Source: Gammaproteobacteria bacterium (lineage in GTDB: Bacteria; Pseudomonadota; Gammaproteobacteria; Competibacterales; Competibacteraceae). From it: a DNA stretch of 64,000 bases. How positions within the stretch are numbered: the first letter of the stretch is position 1; every line of letters starts with the position of its first letter. The translations under genes were made by a program, and so were the position numbers. Location of the stretch: positions 116,229 through 180,228 of the forward strand of contig JAWKZG010000014.1 in NCBI GenBank assembly GCA_041396125.1, given 5' to 3'. A model generated the notes under the pieces. The model was given only the letters and a program-made list of their open reading frames with translations, made no database searches and was not told the DNA's origin. Of this stretch, positions 21,133 through 29,357 are shown one piece after another.

Positions 21133-21216
21133 GACGAACAAAGCCGTGCACCGGAGCACCCATTCACGCGGTTCATGAATTCAAACTCTTCCGTTCGTGC
21201 CCGGTGACGGCAGACG
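21133..21216 (+). other. attC A1 (inverse core GACGAAC ... GTTAGGC)
   Basis: GACGAAC complements cassette start TTCGTC; R' GTTAGGC consensus; 84 bp. Confidence 0.55.
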
Positions 21217-21266
21217 TTAGGCTTGCGTCGAGAAAATCAATCAAACTTCAATAAAGGAAAAGAATT

Positions 21267-21476
21267 ATGGCAACAACCATGTTTTTTGAAGAGCTCGTTA
21301 AGTGCCAGGGCGGAAAAGAAGAAATGGATATAGAATTCGGTCGATCCTCATTTTACGAAGAGGATAGTATATATCTGAAGGTGGATGGAAAGTCCATAGT
21401 AATGGACCGAGCGACCGCCAAGAAATTTGTAGAGGCCGCCTCTGGAGTTGGTCACTATTTTGGTTTTATTGACTAG
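21267..21476 (+). CDS. Hypothetical 69-aa protein (cassette A2, gene 1)
   Basis: ORF with RBS aaaggaaaag upstream; no recognisable domain. Confidence 0.4.
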   Translation: MATTMFFEELVKCQGGKEEMDIEFGRSSFYEEDSIYLKVDGKSIVMDRATAKKFVEAASGVGHYFGFID

Positions 21477-21491
21477 ATACTGGGATTATAA

Positions 21492-21755
21492 ATGCCAAAT
21501 ATTGATTTCAAAGATGTTGAAGCAATAGATCCGTCCACAATGGCGGTGTCATTTCCCGCTACCGTAGATGGAGTGCAAATTCGATGTGTCATTTCCACAG
21601 AAGCTTTACAAGATCACTTTAATGCTATGATTGATGATCAATTGGATGTGTTTAAATCAAACAGATATAGTATTGAATGTAAGGCCAGAGAAGTAATTGA
21701 GAGCGGTCGCTATGAAGCAGGCGGCAGCATTTTGATTCGTTCATCTGATTTTTAG
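21492..21755 (+). CDS. DUF1488 family protein (cassette A2, gene 2)
   Basis: 87 aa; VSFPATVDGVQIRCVISTEAL pattern resembles DUF1488. Confidence 0.55.
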   Translation: MPNIDFKDVEAIDPSTMAVSFPATVDGVQIRCVISTEALQDHFNAMIDDQLDVFKSNRYSIECKAREVIESGRYEAGGSILIRSSDF

Positions 21756-21757
21756 GC

Positions 21758-21866
21758 CTAACAAATTGCTGCACGCGGACACATACTGCTACGCTCGTTT
21801 TTGTGTGTCGCTGCGCTCCATTTTACACAAAAACGTTCTCCGCAGTATGTGCCGGTGAGCAAGGCG
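21758..21866 (+). other. attC A2 (GCCTAAC ... GTTATGT), long imperfect palindrome
   Basis: Inverse core complements cassette start TTAGGC; stems ACACATACTGC/GCAGTATGTG and CGTTTTTGTGT/ACACAAAAACG. Confidence 0.5.
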
Positions 21867-21890
21867 TTATGTGCCAGTCGCGAGAATTCG

Positions 21891-22193
21891 ATGCACCTAG
21901 TACCTCAATGGGATGAAATCAGGTTGATCGGCCAGTCCCGAATTGTCGGGTTGACTATGTTAGTGCCGTTCATTGGGTACCTACTACTTTTCAATGAATC
22001 CATCTGGGAATACTTCCGACTATCAACCGACCTCGTTGGTATAAAGCAGATCGAACCTGAATCAACCATTCTACGATTGCACTTTTTGTACTATGGCCTA
22101 ACGTTGGTAGGCTTAGCATCACTCCTTTACCAAGCAGTCTGCCCTCATGAGATCAAGGAGCATGGAAACGGAGTATGCCTATGTGAGTGGTGA
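21891..22193 (+). CDS. Hypothetical membrane protein (cassette A3), overlaps next ORF
   Basis: Predicted TM helices (IVGLTMLVPFIGYLLLF, LYYGLTLVGLASLLY). Confidence 0.35.
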   Translation: MHLVPQWDEIRLIGQSRIVGLTMLVPFIGYLLLFNESIWEYFRLSTDLVGIKQIEPESTILRLHFLYYGLTLVGLASLLYQAVCPHEIKEHGNGVCLCEW

Positions 22194-22551
22194 GTCAACT
22201 CTGATGACTCACGCTCGCTTTGCGAGTCTGGTAAATCCCTACGAAGAAAAACTTACGGAGGAGCCAGAGAAGTACTCGGAGTTAGAAGCCTACGTAAGTA
22301 GCTACAAAAAAGCGTCCAATCCAACCATGGACGTCTATTCTTCGAAGGAAGAACTACGAAGCGAGACTGCGGAACTTGAGCGAACTGCGTTCATAAACAC
22401 GCTGAGCTTCAATTGGCGATATCTATGCTCCAAGCACTTTTACACCAGGTTGGCTGTTTCTGCCCTCTACTTTTCTGGGTTCAGCTTGGTGTTGTGGCCA
22501 TCAGCGGTAGTGTTCGTTCAAGTCACATCTGGAATTCTGAGAGGCACATAA
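22147..22551 (+). CDS. Hypothetical protein with C-terminal TM segment (cassette A3); may be frameshifted continuation of previous ORF
   Basis: 134 aa ORF, stop embedded in inverse core ACATAAC. Confidence 0.35.
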   Translation: MRSRSMETEYAYVSGESTLMTHARFASLVNPYEEKLTEEPEKYSELEAYVSSYKKASNPTMDVYSSKEELRSETAELERTAFINTLSFNWRYLCSKHFYTRLAVSALYFSGFSLVLWPSAVVFVQVTSGILRGT

Positions 22552-22638
22552 CATGAAGTTGAAGTCGGACGTAGCAACCTGTCATCAAAATTGCTGCGCA
22601 ATTTTGCCGCCAGAACGACTACGCCGTTTAACTTGGTG
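22546..22638 (+). other. attC A3 (ACATAAC ... GTTAGGC)
   Basis: Inverse core complements cassette start TTATGT; 93 bp. Confidence 0.55.
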
Positions 22639-22664
22639 TTAGGCTATCAAGTAGGCATACAGCA

Positions 22665-23465
22665 ATGTTTGATAAGGAGTGGATCGAGAAAGCACAGAAG
22701 GTCACGGACGCGGAGTCCTGGGCTCATGGTGCCATGCTTGAACTAGATACCTCCGGTGGCATTTACCTCAACACACTTCGTATGTGGTATGAAGAATTTC
22801 CTGGATCAAAAAAGCAGAAGAAACCCCTACGACAACGGATCGAAAACTTTGGTAATGAAGACCACCTTGGTGGAGTAAACGAATTATCGTGGTGGAAATT
22901 TCTACAGAAAGGTAATTTCGGTGCTGAGCCAGTACCCACTGCTAGCAGCGCACGCCCAGATTTCAAAGTTCAGACACCGACAGAATTCTTCGTTGAAGTT
23001 TCAACGTTAAATGTTTCTGCTAATGAAAAGCAACAGATGGAAAGTGAAGGGGCTATTTCACTCAACCACGCGGAAACCCTCCGTCGCTTGTTGCTTAAAT
23101 CCACAAATGATAAACACGAACAGATGTCCTTTGCGTGCAACCAACGGCGCCCATGCTGCTTAGTGCTATTTGACTATATGACATGGAGCGCATTTGGCAC
23201 TCAATTTTTCCGCTATTTGGCAAGTTATCTTTTTCGCGAGAATGGAGGCTTCACGCAGCTGCCTACTGAACTATCTGCCCTTATCTATGTTGAAAGAAAA
23301 GTAATAGACGGGCACATTGGGTTAAGTCGTGATCGGTCAGCGGTGTACTACAATCCTAATGCGAAATACCCGCTCGCACCAGGAACATTCACTGAATTGC
23401 GGCAGTACTGGTACCAAATGGTGGAAGTCGAACCTCAATGCAAAGATTACTGGGTATGGCTGTAA
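22665..23465 (+). CDS. Hypothetical 266-aa protein (cassette A4)
   Basis: Clean ORF; possible nuclease-like RPDFKV...FFVEVST segment, unverified. Confidence 0.5.
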   Translation: MFDKEWIEKAQKVTDAESWAHGAMLELDTSGGIYLNTLRMWYEEFPGSKKQKKPLRQRIENFGNEDHLGGVNELSWWKFLQKGNFGAEPVPTASSARPDFKVQTPTEFFVEVSTLNVSANEKQQMESEGAISLNHAETLRRLLLKSTNDKHEQMSFACNQRRPCCLVLFDYMTWSAFGTQFFRYLASYLFRENGGFTQLPTELSALIYVERKVIDGHIGLSRDRSAVYYNPNAKYPLAPGTFTELRQYWYQMVEVEPQCKDYWVWL

Positions 23466-23481
23466 TTGTGGCTACGAGTTG

Positions 23482-23556
23482 GCCTAACAATGCCATTAAC
23501 ACGGACCCCAAAAAGCTACGCTGCGCTCCGCTTTGTGGGACCGGTTATGGCTGGCG
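23482..23556 (+). other. attC A4 (GCCTAAC ... GTTAGGC)
   Basis: Perfectly complementary R''/R' pair, 75 bp. Confidence 0.6.
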
Positions 23557-23581
23557 TTAGGCGTCACTAAGCGCTTCGGCA

Positions 23582-24055
23582 ATGAAATCTGAGTCCTATC
23601 GCGTTCGAGTCCTTGGCAGCTCTGACATTCAAGCAATGCGGGAAATGCTTGTCGCATTTGGCGAGGCCTTCGAAGACAAGCCGACTTACACCCAGCATCA
23701 GCCAACGGACACCTACCTCAAGGAGCTGCTCTCAAGCTCGACTTTCATCGCTGTAGCAGCGCTTTCTGAAGCAAAGGTCATCGGTGGCCTTGCGGCATAT
23801 GCGCTTCCCAAATTTGAGCAGGCCCGCTCAGAGATCTACATCTACGATCTGGCTGTACTAGAAAGCCATCGCCGCCAAGGCATTGCGACGGCGATGATTC
23901 AAGAACTCAAGAAGCTGGCCAAATCCATAGGCGCCTACGTCATCTTCGTTCAGGCAGATCATGGCGACGATCCGGCAATCAATCTCTATACGAAGCTCGG
24001 AGTTCGAGAAGATGTCCTTCACTTCGACATACTTCCTGGCGATGGTGACGCCTGA
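23582..24055 (+). CDS. Aminoglycoside 3-N-acetyltransferase, AAC(3)-I-like GNAT (cassette A5)
   Basis: Strong similarity to AAC(3)-Ia along whole length: [81 protein letters not shown]. Confidence 0.8.
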   Translation: MKSESYRVRVLGSSDIQAMREMLVAFGEAFEDKPTYTQHQPTDTYLKELLSSSTFIAVAALSEAKVIGGLAAYALPKFEQARSEIYIYDLAVLESHRRQGIATAMIQELKKLAKSIGAYVIFVQADHGDDPAINLYTKLGVREDVLHFDILPGDGDA

Positions 24056-24115
24056 CCCTTCCATTGAGAGGTCGTTTTCCGGCCTACGGCCTCCAAGCGC
24101 CTCTCATGTCAAACG
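24051..24115 (+). other. attC A5 (GCCTGAC ... GTTATAC)
   Basis: Inverse-core-like overlapping stop codon; hairpin TTGAGAGG/CCTCTCATG. Confidence 0.4.
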
Positions 24116-24124
24116 TTATACATA

Positions 24125-24820
24125 ATGGATCCAAAGAAGCTGTTTATTGATGAGAGGTTAAAAGCCAATTGCGCCTATTGTGGTGCAGTCATGAATTCTA
24201 GGGATCACACTCCTTCTAAAGTATTCCTTGATGAGCCGTACCCAGAAAATCTGCCTGTCGCAGAAGCCTGCGCAAAATGCAATGGTGGTTTTTCTGCTGA
24301 CGAAGAGTATCTATCTTGCCTGATTGAGTGCGTAGTTCACGGGACAGCCAAGCCTGATGAAAGATTCAGAGATAAAGTGGCAAGAACTCTTGAAGCCCGA
24401 CCAGCCATCGCTAAACGAATCGAGAGTGGAAAGCAGTTGGATATTAGCAATAATCCAATTTGGCAACCGGAGGGGCCTCGAGTCAAGAATATTGTCCTGA
24501 AGCTTGCTCGCGGATACGTATCCTATGAGCTAGGGCTTCAGCATGTAGAAGAGCCGGTAATTATTGATATTGTGCCAAGTCCATGCATGACCGAAGATGA
24601 ATTAGAAGCTTTTAACACACTTGAGGAGCATGCTGGATTCCTATATCCAGAAATTGGCAGCCGTGCTTTCGTTAATTTACTGTCAGGAAAAGCCACAGCA
24701 TACGGTGGGTGGTATGTCGTGCAAGAAGGAAGATATCGATATGCCCTCGGTCAGTCAGCGGGTGATTGGGTGAAATTGGTGTTAAGTGAATATCTCGCAT
24801 GTCGCGTGGTTTGGGAGTAA
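24125..24820 (+). CDS. HNH endonuclease-domain protein (cassette A6)
   Basis: CAYCG...DHTPSK...CAKCN zinc-finger/HNH-like arrangement; 231 aa. Confidence 0.55.
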   Translation: MDPKKLFIDERLKANCAYCGAVMNSRDHTPSKVFLDEPYPENLPVAEACAKCNGGFSADEEYLSCLIECVVHGTAKPDERFRDKVARTLEARPAIAKRIESGKQLDISNNPIWQPEGPRVKNIVLKLARGYVSYELGLQHVEEPVIIDIVPSPCMTEDELEAFNTLEEHAGFLYPEIGSRAFVNLLSGKATAYGGWYVVQEGRYRYALGQSAGDWVKLVLSEYLACRVVWE

Positions 24821-24824
24821 TTAT

Positions 24825-24875
24825 GTATAACAAGGTGCCCAAGTTGGACGGCTTTGCCGGCCCTTGGCTTGGTAG
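24825..24875 (+). other. attC A6 (GTATAAC ... GTTAGAG)
   Basis: Inverse core complements cassette start TTATAC; short palindrome. Confidence 0.4.
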
Positions 24876-24920
24876 TTAGAGGAGAGTTAATGAATTGCCG
24901 GACTTGGAAACTGGATCTCA

Positions 24921-25860
24921 ATGGCGAATAAACCAGAAACAGCTTCAATCATACCGATACCTTCCGTGAAGAGGCTACTCAATGGCCCGAAGCGACAACA
25001 CTTTCTACCGAAATTCTACCTCGAAGGCTTTGCCATAGAGGATGGAATGGTCGGTGTTTGATCGGGAGTTGAACGAGATAAGGGTACAGCGGCCCGTGAA
25101 CACCTGCGTCATCGGACATTTCTACACAATGGAGGACTCAGGAGGGGCAAGGTTTCGACCTTGAACAATTGCTTTCCGAATATGAAAATAAGGCCAGTCT
25201 TGTTATTAAGAAACTGCGCCGCGCAGGAAGATATCAATGTGGACGAGCGGGCGGATTTTGCCATATTTGTAGCTTTAGCTGCATGCCGTACTCCTGACGT
25301 TGTGGATTCTCTTAAACTTTCAACTCCAACTTCATCAAAGATATGGCAAACCATATGTTTGCAGACGTTGACGGGGTTAAGGCACGAATTCGCGGCAAAT
25401 CTGACGTGCAGTTAACGGAGGAGGAACTGAGGCGGACGCACGCGCGCTTGTGGACTATGCGCAGAGCGGACGATATGAGGTAATTACGAACTGATGCGCG
25501 GGCCATTTGCATGGCGATGAAAATGGCTATGAGCATCGCGCCAATTTTGCAGGGCGTGACTGGATGGTTCTTCATCGTGATACCGAAAAGAAGTCTTTTG
25601 TGACCACCGATGCACCTGTTCTCCTAACCACGTTGGCTCCACGCAAGAAGAGCATTTGGGGTATCGGGTTCGGCAACATTGATGCCCTGGTACTGTTTCC
25701 CATGACGGAATCCTGCGGTTTGTTAATGTGCGGCACTGAGGGAGCACTGAGCACCGGAAACGTACAGATGCGGATAAAATACGCCGCATCAATTTGGCCG
25801 TCGCTGACCATTGCCAACGGTTTGTCGTTGGCCGTGACGAAGCGTTGGTTTGCTCATTAG
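24921..25860 (+). pseudogene. DUF4238 family protein with multiple frameshifts (cassette A7)
   Basis: KRQHFLPKFYLEGF and GHFYT motifs of DUF4238 N-terminus split across frames; later ORF 25507-25860 is the C-terminal part. Confidence 0.55.
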
Positions 25861-25936
25861 CAAATCGCTTATGTTTGGCAAACAAGAAGTGGCAACCCAA
25901 AATGCAAAGTACATAGATGACCTGAAATGAGGAAAA

Positions 25937-26035
25937 CTCTAACATTTGTGTCAAGTCGACGGGAATTTCGCTGGCGCTTCATTCCTGCTGCTTACCCATA
26001 CCGTTTGTCGCTACGCGGCGCAACCGGTCGTTCGG
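25937..26035 (+). other. attC A7 (CTCTAAC ... GTTCGGC), boundaries tentative
   Basis: CTCTAAC complements cassette start TTAGAG; TGTCAAG/CTTGACA stems. Confidence 0.3.
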
Positions 26036-26099
26036 CCTTGACAGAACCTGCTCCATTATCAGCGCTTGTATCTACAAAGATCCTTTCAGGCGATAATTA

Positions 26100-26180
26100 T
26101 CGTCATTCCCGCGCAGGCGTAACCAGTTCGGATCATTATCAGGAACATCTGATAGGCAGATCCAGACCGAATAAAGTGCC
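26100..26180. repeat. dRS3-like half repeat plus ~40-bp direct repeat copy 1 (TATCAGGAACATCTGATAGGCAGATCCAGACCGA)
   Basis: Nearly identical 38-bp sequence recurs at 26852-26890; ATTCCCGCGCAGGCG at 26106. Confidence 0.6.
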
Positions 26181-26211
26181 TTCGTGCTGGGTTCGTAATC
26201 TATATTCCTAA

Positions 26212-26364
26212 TTAATTACGATTGTTGCTGCCGCGGTGACCGGCCTGATGCTGCCAGTACTGATGCCAGGAAGAAAAGCCGTCGGGTGGTGATTTAAAGG
26301 AGATGGCGCAGGCCGATAAGCCAGTAATCAGTATCAGCGCCAGTGTAAAATTTCTCAGAATCAT
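26212..26364 (-). CDS. Possible small lipoprotein (~50 aa)
   Basis: MILRNFTLALILITGLSAC lipobox; weak. Confidence 0.25.
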   Translation of the reverse strand: MILRNFTLALILITGLSACAISFKSPPDGFSSWHQYWQHQAGHRGSNNRN

Positions 26365-26814
26365 AACTATAAACTCCTTTTTCAAATTAACTAAACGTCC
26401 GGTCAAATGTGTTTGCAACTGCCACAGTGATGCTCGTGGACAGACAGCGTTCTCGTGTAAAACGAACCGCCAACGCAAGATAAAATCCGACCGCGCGCTG
26501 ACTTCAGCGCGCATGTTTCTGATCTTTAGCTCAGAATAGCAATAAAGCGGCTTTTAGTCCCTGTAACCTGATTTCCCAATCCCTGGGGCATCTTATCCGT
26601 GTCCTTTGTCATTCCTGCGCGTCCCTGCACGGCGTCTGTCGGTTTAATAGCCGCTTGTCTGCTTGGCATCCTGTCCGTATTTCCACAGTGTTCCTTGCTG
26701 TGGGTAGAGGGAAGTTTACGCTGAAGGCGTCAGTGAAGGGTCAAGAAGTTGTTATATTTGCGTTGGTGCCACTGACGATTTTGATCATAGGCCGGCACTT
26801 TGCTGCACATCGAT

Positions 26815-26900
26815 CAGCGATTGGTATTCCCGCAGGCAGGAATACCGTCAAGTACCAGTATCAGGAACGTCTGAGAGGCAGATCCAGACCGATTCCTTCC
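26815..26900. repeat. Degenerate dRS3-like palindrome (ATTCCCGCAGGCAGGAAT) plus direct repeat copy 2
   Basis: See copy 1; located at the 3' end of the aldo/keto reductase gene. Confidence 0.55.
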
Positions 26901-26904
26901 AGTT

Positions 26905-27830
26905 CGCCGAACAATTCGTACAGCTTTTCTGACATCTGCCTGTGGCAGCGGCGGGCCGAGAATCGAATTGATATTGCTGGCCAGATGCGTCTGATCGCCG
27001 GTGCCAAACAGGATCACATCGGCACCGGGCTCATGGCGGGCAAAAGCGGTAGGCGGCATCAATCACACCGTCTGCGCCGTTTTCATGAATCAGAAAACCC
27101 AATGGGTTATCAGTTTGGGCTAGCCAGGCCGGGACTTGACCCGCATCGGCAAGTTCCTTCAGGGTGTCCTGCAACGTCCGGGGACACTGAAAATACTGCG
27201 TACCACAAACATCAGCAAAGTACCGATGCCTTTAGCCTGGGTATGCGGAAAGACCTTGCTGCGGGCTTTTTGATTCAGCATATGAAAGCCCAGCATGATC
27301 ACTTCCCAGCAATCATCTTCCTGCAGGGCGCGCTGCAGCATCGCCTGCGGGGCGTCATTAGGCGGTGATTCGGTGATGCCCAGATGGCGGATTTTGCCTT
27401 TGTCACGTTCTTTCAGCAGGGCTGGCACCAGCTCGGCCCGGACATAGTCGTACGCCCGAGGTTGTACCGCATGCAGATGAAATACATCAATATAATCCGT
27501 TTGCAGCCGTCGCAGCGATTGTTCCAGACTGGCGATGACATCACTGGCGGGTAATAACGTGTCACCCTTTTTGATCAGGGCCTTGGTCGAGACGACTACG
27601 GTATCGCGTGGCACTGCCCGAATGGCTTCGCCGACGATATCCTCGGTGCCATAAGCGGTCGCTGTATCAATGAAATTTACGCCCAGATCCAGCGCTGCGC
27701 GCACCAGCGCCACCGAGTCAGCAGTGCTTTTGCCGGTGGACTGTCCCAGACGGCTGCTGCCGCCACAGCCGAGCCCTGCAACGCTGACTTTCAGACCGGT
27801 TTTACCCAGTTCGGTGTACTGCATAATCAC
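26905..27830 (-). pseudogene. Aldo/keto reductase with apparent frameshifts near 27160 and 27065 (or sequencing errors)
   Basis: N-terminal 223 aa intact (27159-27830); C-terminal AKR motifs FARHEPGADVILFGTGDQTHLASNI appear in a different frame (26880-27062). Confidence 0.5.
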
Positions 27831-27895
27831 GTTTCCTCTCTGTAAAATTGAGCCGGGAAATCAGGTCGATACTGAGCGCCAGGCCTGGATTGTTG

Positions 27896-28612
27896 CTACA
27901 CGCTTAAATAGGCCGCCTGGACCGCTTCATCGGCTTGCAGTTCGGCTAAACTGCCGTGCCAGCGCAGATGGCCCTGTTCCAGCACATAAGCCCGATCCCC
28001 CGCATTTTTGGCGAAAGACAAATTCTGCTCCGAAAGTAATACGGTCAGCCCTTCCTGTTTCAGTGTTTGCAGGGTCTGCATCATTTGCTCAACGATGACT
28101 GGTGCCAACCCTTCGGAAGGTTCGTCCAGCAGGATCAGGCGCGGATTGCCCATCAGCGTGCGGGCGATGGCCAGCATCTGCTGCTCACCGCCGCTGGTCT
28201 GACCGGCGGGCCGGTGTTGCAGTTCGGCCAGATTGGGGAACAGTTCGAACAAGCGCTTTGGTGTCCAGTGCGGTGCATCCGACCGGGGTGGCTGGCGACC
28301 GACTTCGAGGTTTTCCAGAATGGTCAGGGCAGGGAACACGCGCCGTTCTTCCGGCACATAACCCAGCCCCATCTGGGCGATCCGGTAAGCGGGTAAGGTA
28401 TTAATAGTCTGGCCCATGAAACGGATCTGTCCGGCACTGGCGCGAACCAGCCCCATCAGTGTTTTCAGGGTAGTCGATTTACCGGCCCCATTACGCCCCA
28501 GCAGTACGACCACTTCGCCACTTTGTACCGTGAGCGACAGCTCGAACAGGATCTGGGCGCGGCCATAATGGGTGCTGATCTGTCCGACTTCCAGCAATGC
28601 CTGCTCAGTCAT
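27896..28612 (-). CDS. livF: Branched-chain amino acid ABC transporter ATP-binding protein LivF-like
   Basis: Walker A GRNGAGKST, signature SGGEQQML. Confidence 0.85.
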   Translation of the reverse strand: MTEQALLEVGQISTHYGRAQILFELSLTVQSGEVVVLLGRNGAGKSTTLKTLMGLVRASAGQIRFMGQTINTLPAYRIAQMGLGYVPEERRVFPALTILENLEVGRQPPRSDAPHWTPKRLFELFPNLAELQHRPAGQTSGGEQQMLAIARTLMGNPRLILLDEPSEGLAPVIVEQMMQTLQTLKQEGLTVLLSEQNLSFAKNAGDRAYVLEQGHLRWHGSLAELQADEAVQAAYLSV

Positions 28613-29357
28613 GGCTGTCTCCCTGGCCCAGATAAAGCGTCCGTACCTGCGGATCGGCCCGTACCTGCGCCGGCGCACCCTGGGCGATCAGTTCGCCGCG
28701 ATTCAAAACAATAATACGGTTGGCATGTTCGAATACCACATCCATATCGTGCTCGGTAAACAGCACCGCCATACCGCGTTCGCGCACGATTGTCGCGGTC
28801 AGTCGCATCAAAGCCTGGCGTTCGGCCGGGGCCATGCCGGCAGTGGGTTCGTCCATCAATAGCAGGCGCGGCTGATGGGCGAGGGCGACCGCCAGTTCGA
28901 CCCGCTTCAGATCGCCATACGCCAGCACACTGCAGGCCCGTTCTGCCTGTTCTGCCATTCCGACCTGCTGCAACAATGCCCGTGCGGCATCAGGCCGGTA
29001 ACGGTTGGCCCGTGTCCAGCCGTCGTAAAACCGGCGTTGGTGCGACAGCAGCGCCACCTGGACATTTTCCAGCACGGTCATGGAGCTGAACGTCGCTGTA
29101 ATCTGGAATGTACGCCCGACCCCGCGCCGGAATACCGTGCGCGGTGGCAAGCCGGCCAGCTCTTCGCCGTCCAGCCGGACGCTGCCGCGATCCGGTCGCA
29201 ACTGGCCATTCAACAGGTTAAAGCAAGTGGATTTGCCGGCACCGTTCGGGCCGATCATGGCCAGCAGCTCGCCCTGAGCCAGCTCGAAACTGACCTCATT
29301 GACCGCCCGTACGCCACCGAACGCTTTGCTTAACTGGCTAACGATGAGCAGACTCAT
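28605..29357 (-). CDS. livG: Branched-chain amino acid ABC transporter ATP-binding protein LivG-like
   Basis: MSLLIVSQLSKAFGGVRAVNEVSF; Walker A GPNGAGKST; ATGA start/stop overlap with livM. Confidence 0.85.
   Translation of the reverse strand: MSLLIVSQLSKAFGGVRAVNEVSFELAQGELLAMIGPNGAGKSTCFNLLNGQLRPDRGSVRLDGEELAGLPPRTVFRRGVGRTFQITATFSSMTVLENVQVALLSHQRRFYDGWTRANRYRPDAARALLQQVGMAEQAERACSVLAYGDLKRVELAVALAHQPRLLLMDEPTAGMAPAERQALMRLTATIVRERGMAVLFTEHDMDVVFEHANRIIVLNRGELIAQGAPAQVRADPQVRTLYLGQGDSHD

Larger units (their letters stand above)
19500..26035 (+). mobile_element. Integron cassette array A (intI remnant + attI + ~7 cassettes), low GC
   Basis: Seven inverse-core/GTTRRRY-bounded attC sites with imperfect palindromes, each cassette start complementary to the inverse core of its own attC; GC drop relative to flanks. 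Confidence 0.65.

Noticed and set aside
26655-27368. 237-aa ORF on + strand
   Set aside because: Lies antisense across the aldo/keto reductase coding region in GC-rich DNA; no motif; typical high-GC spurious ORF.
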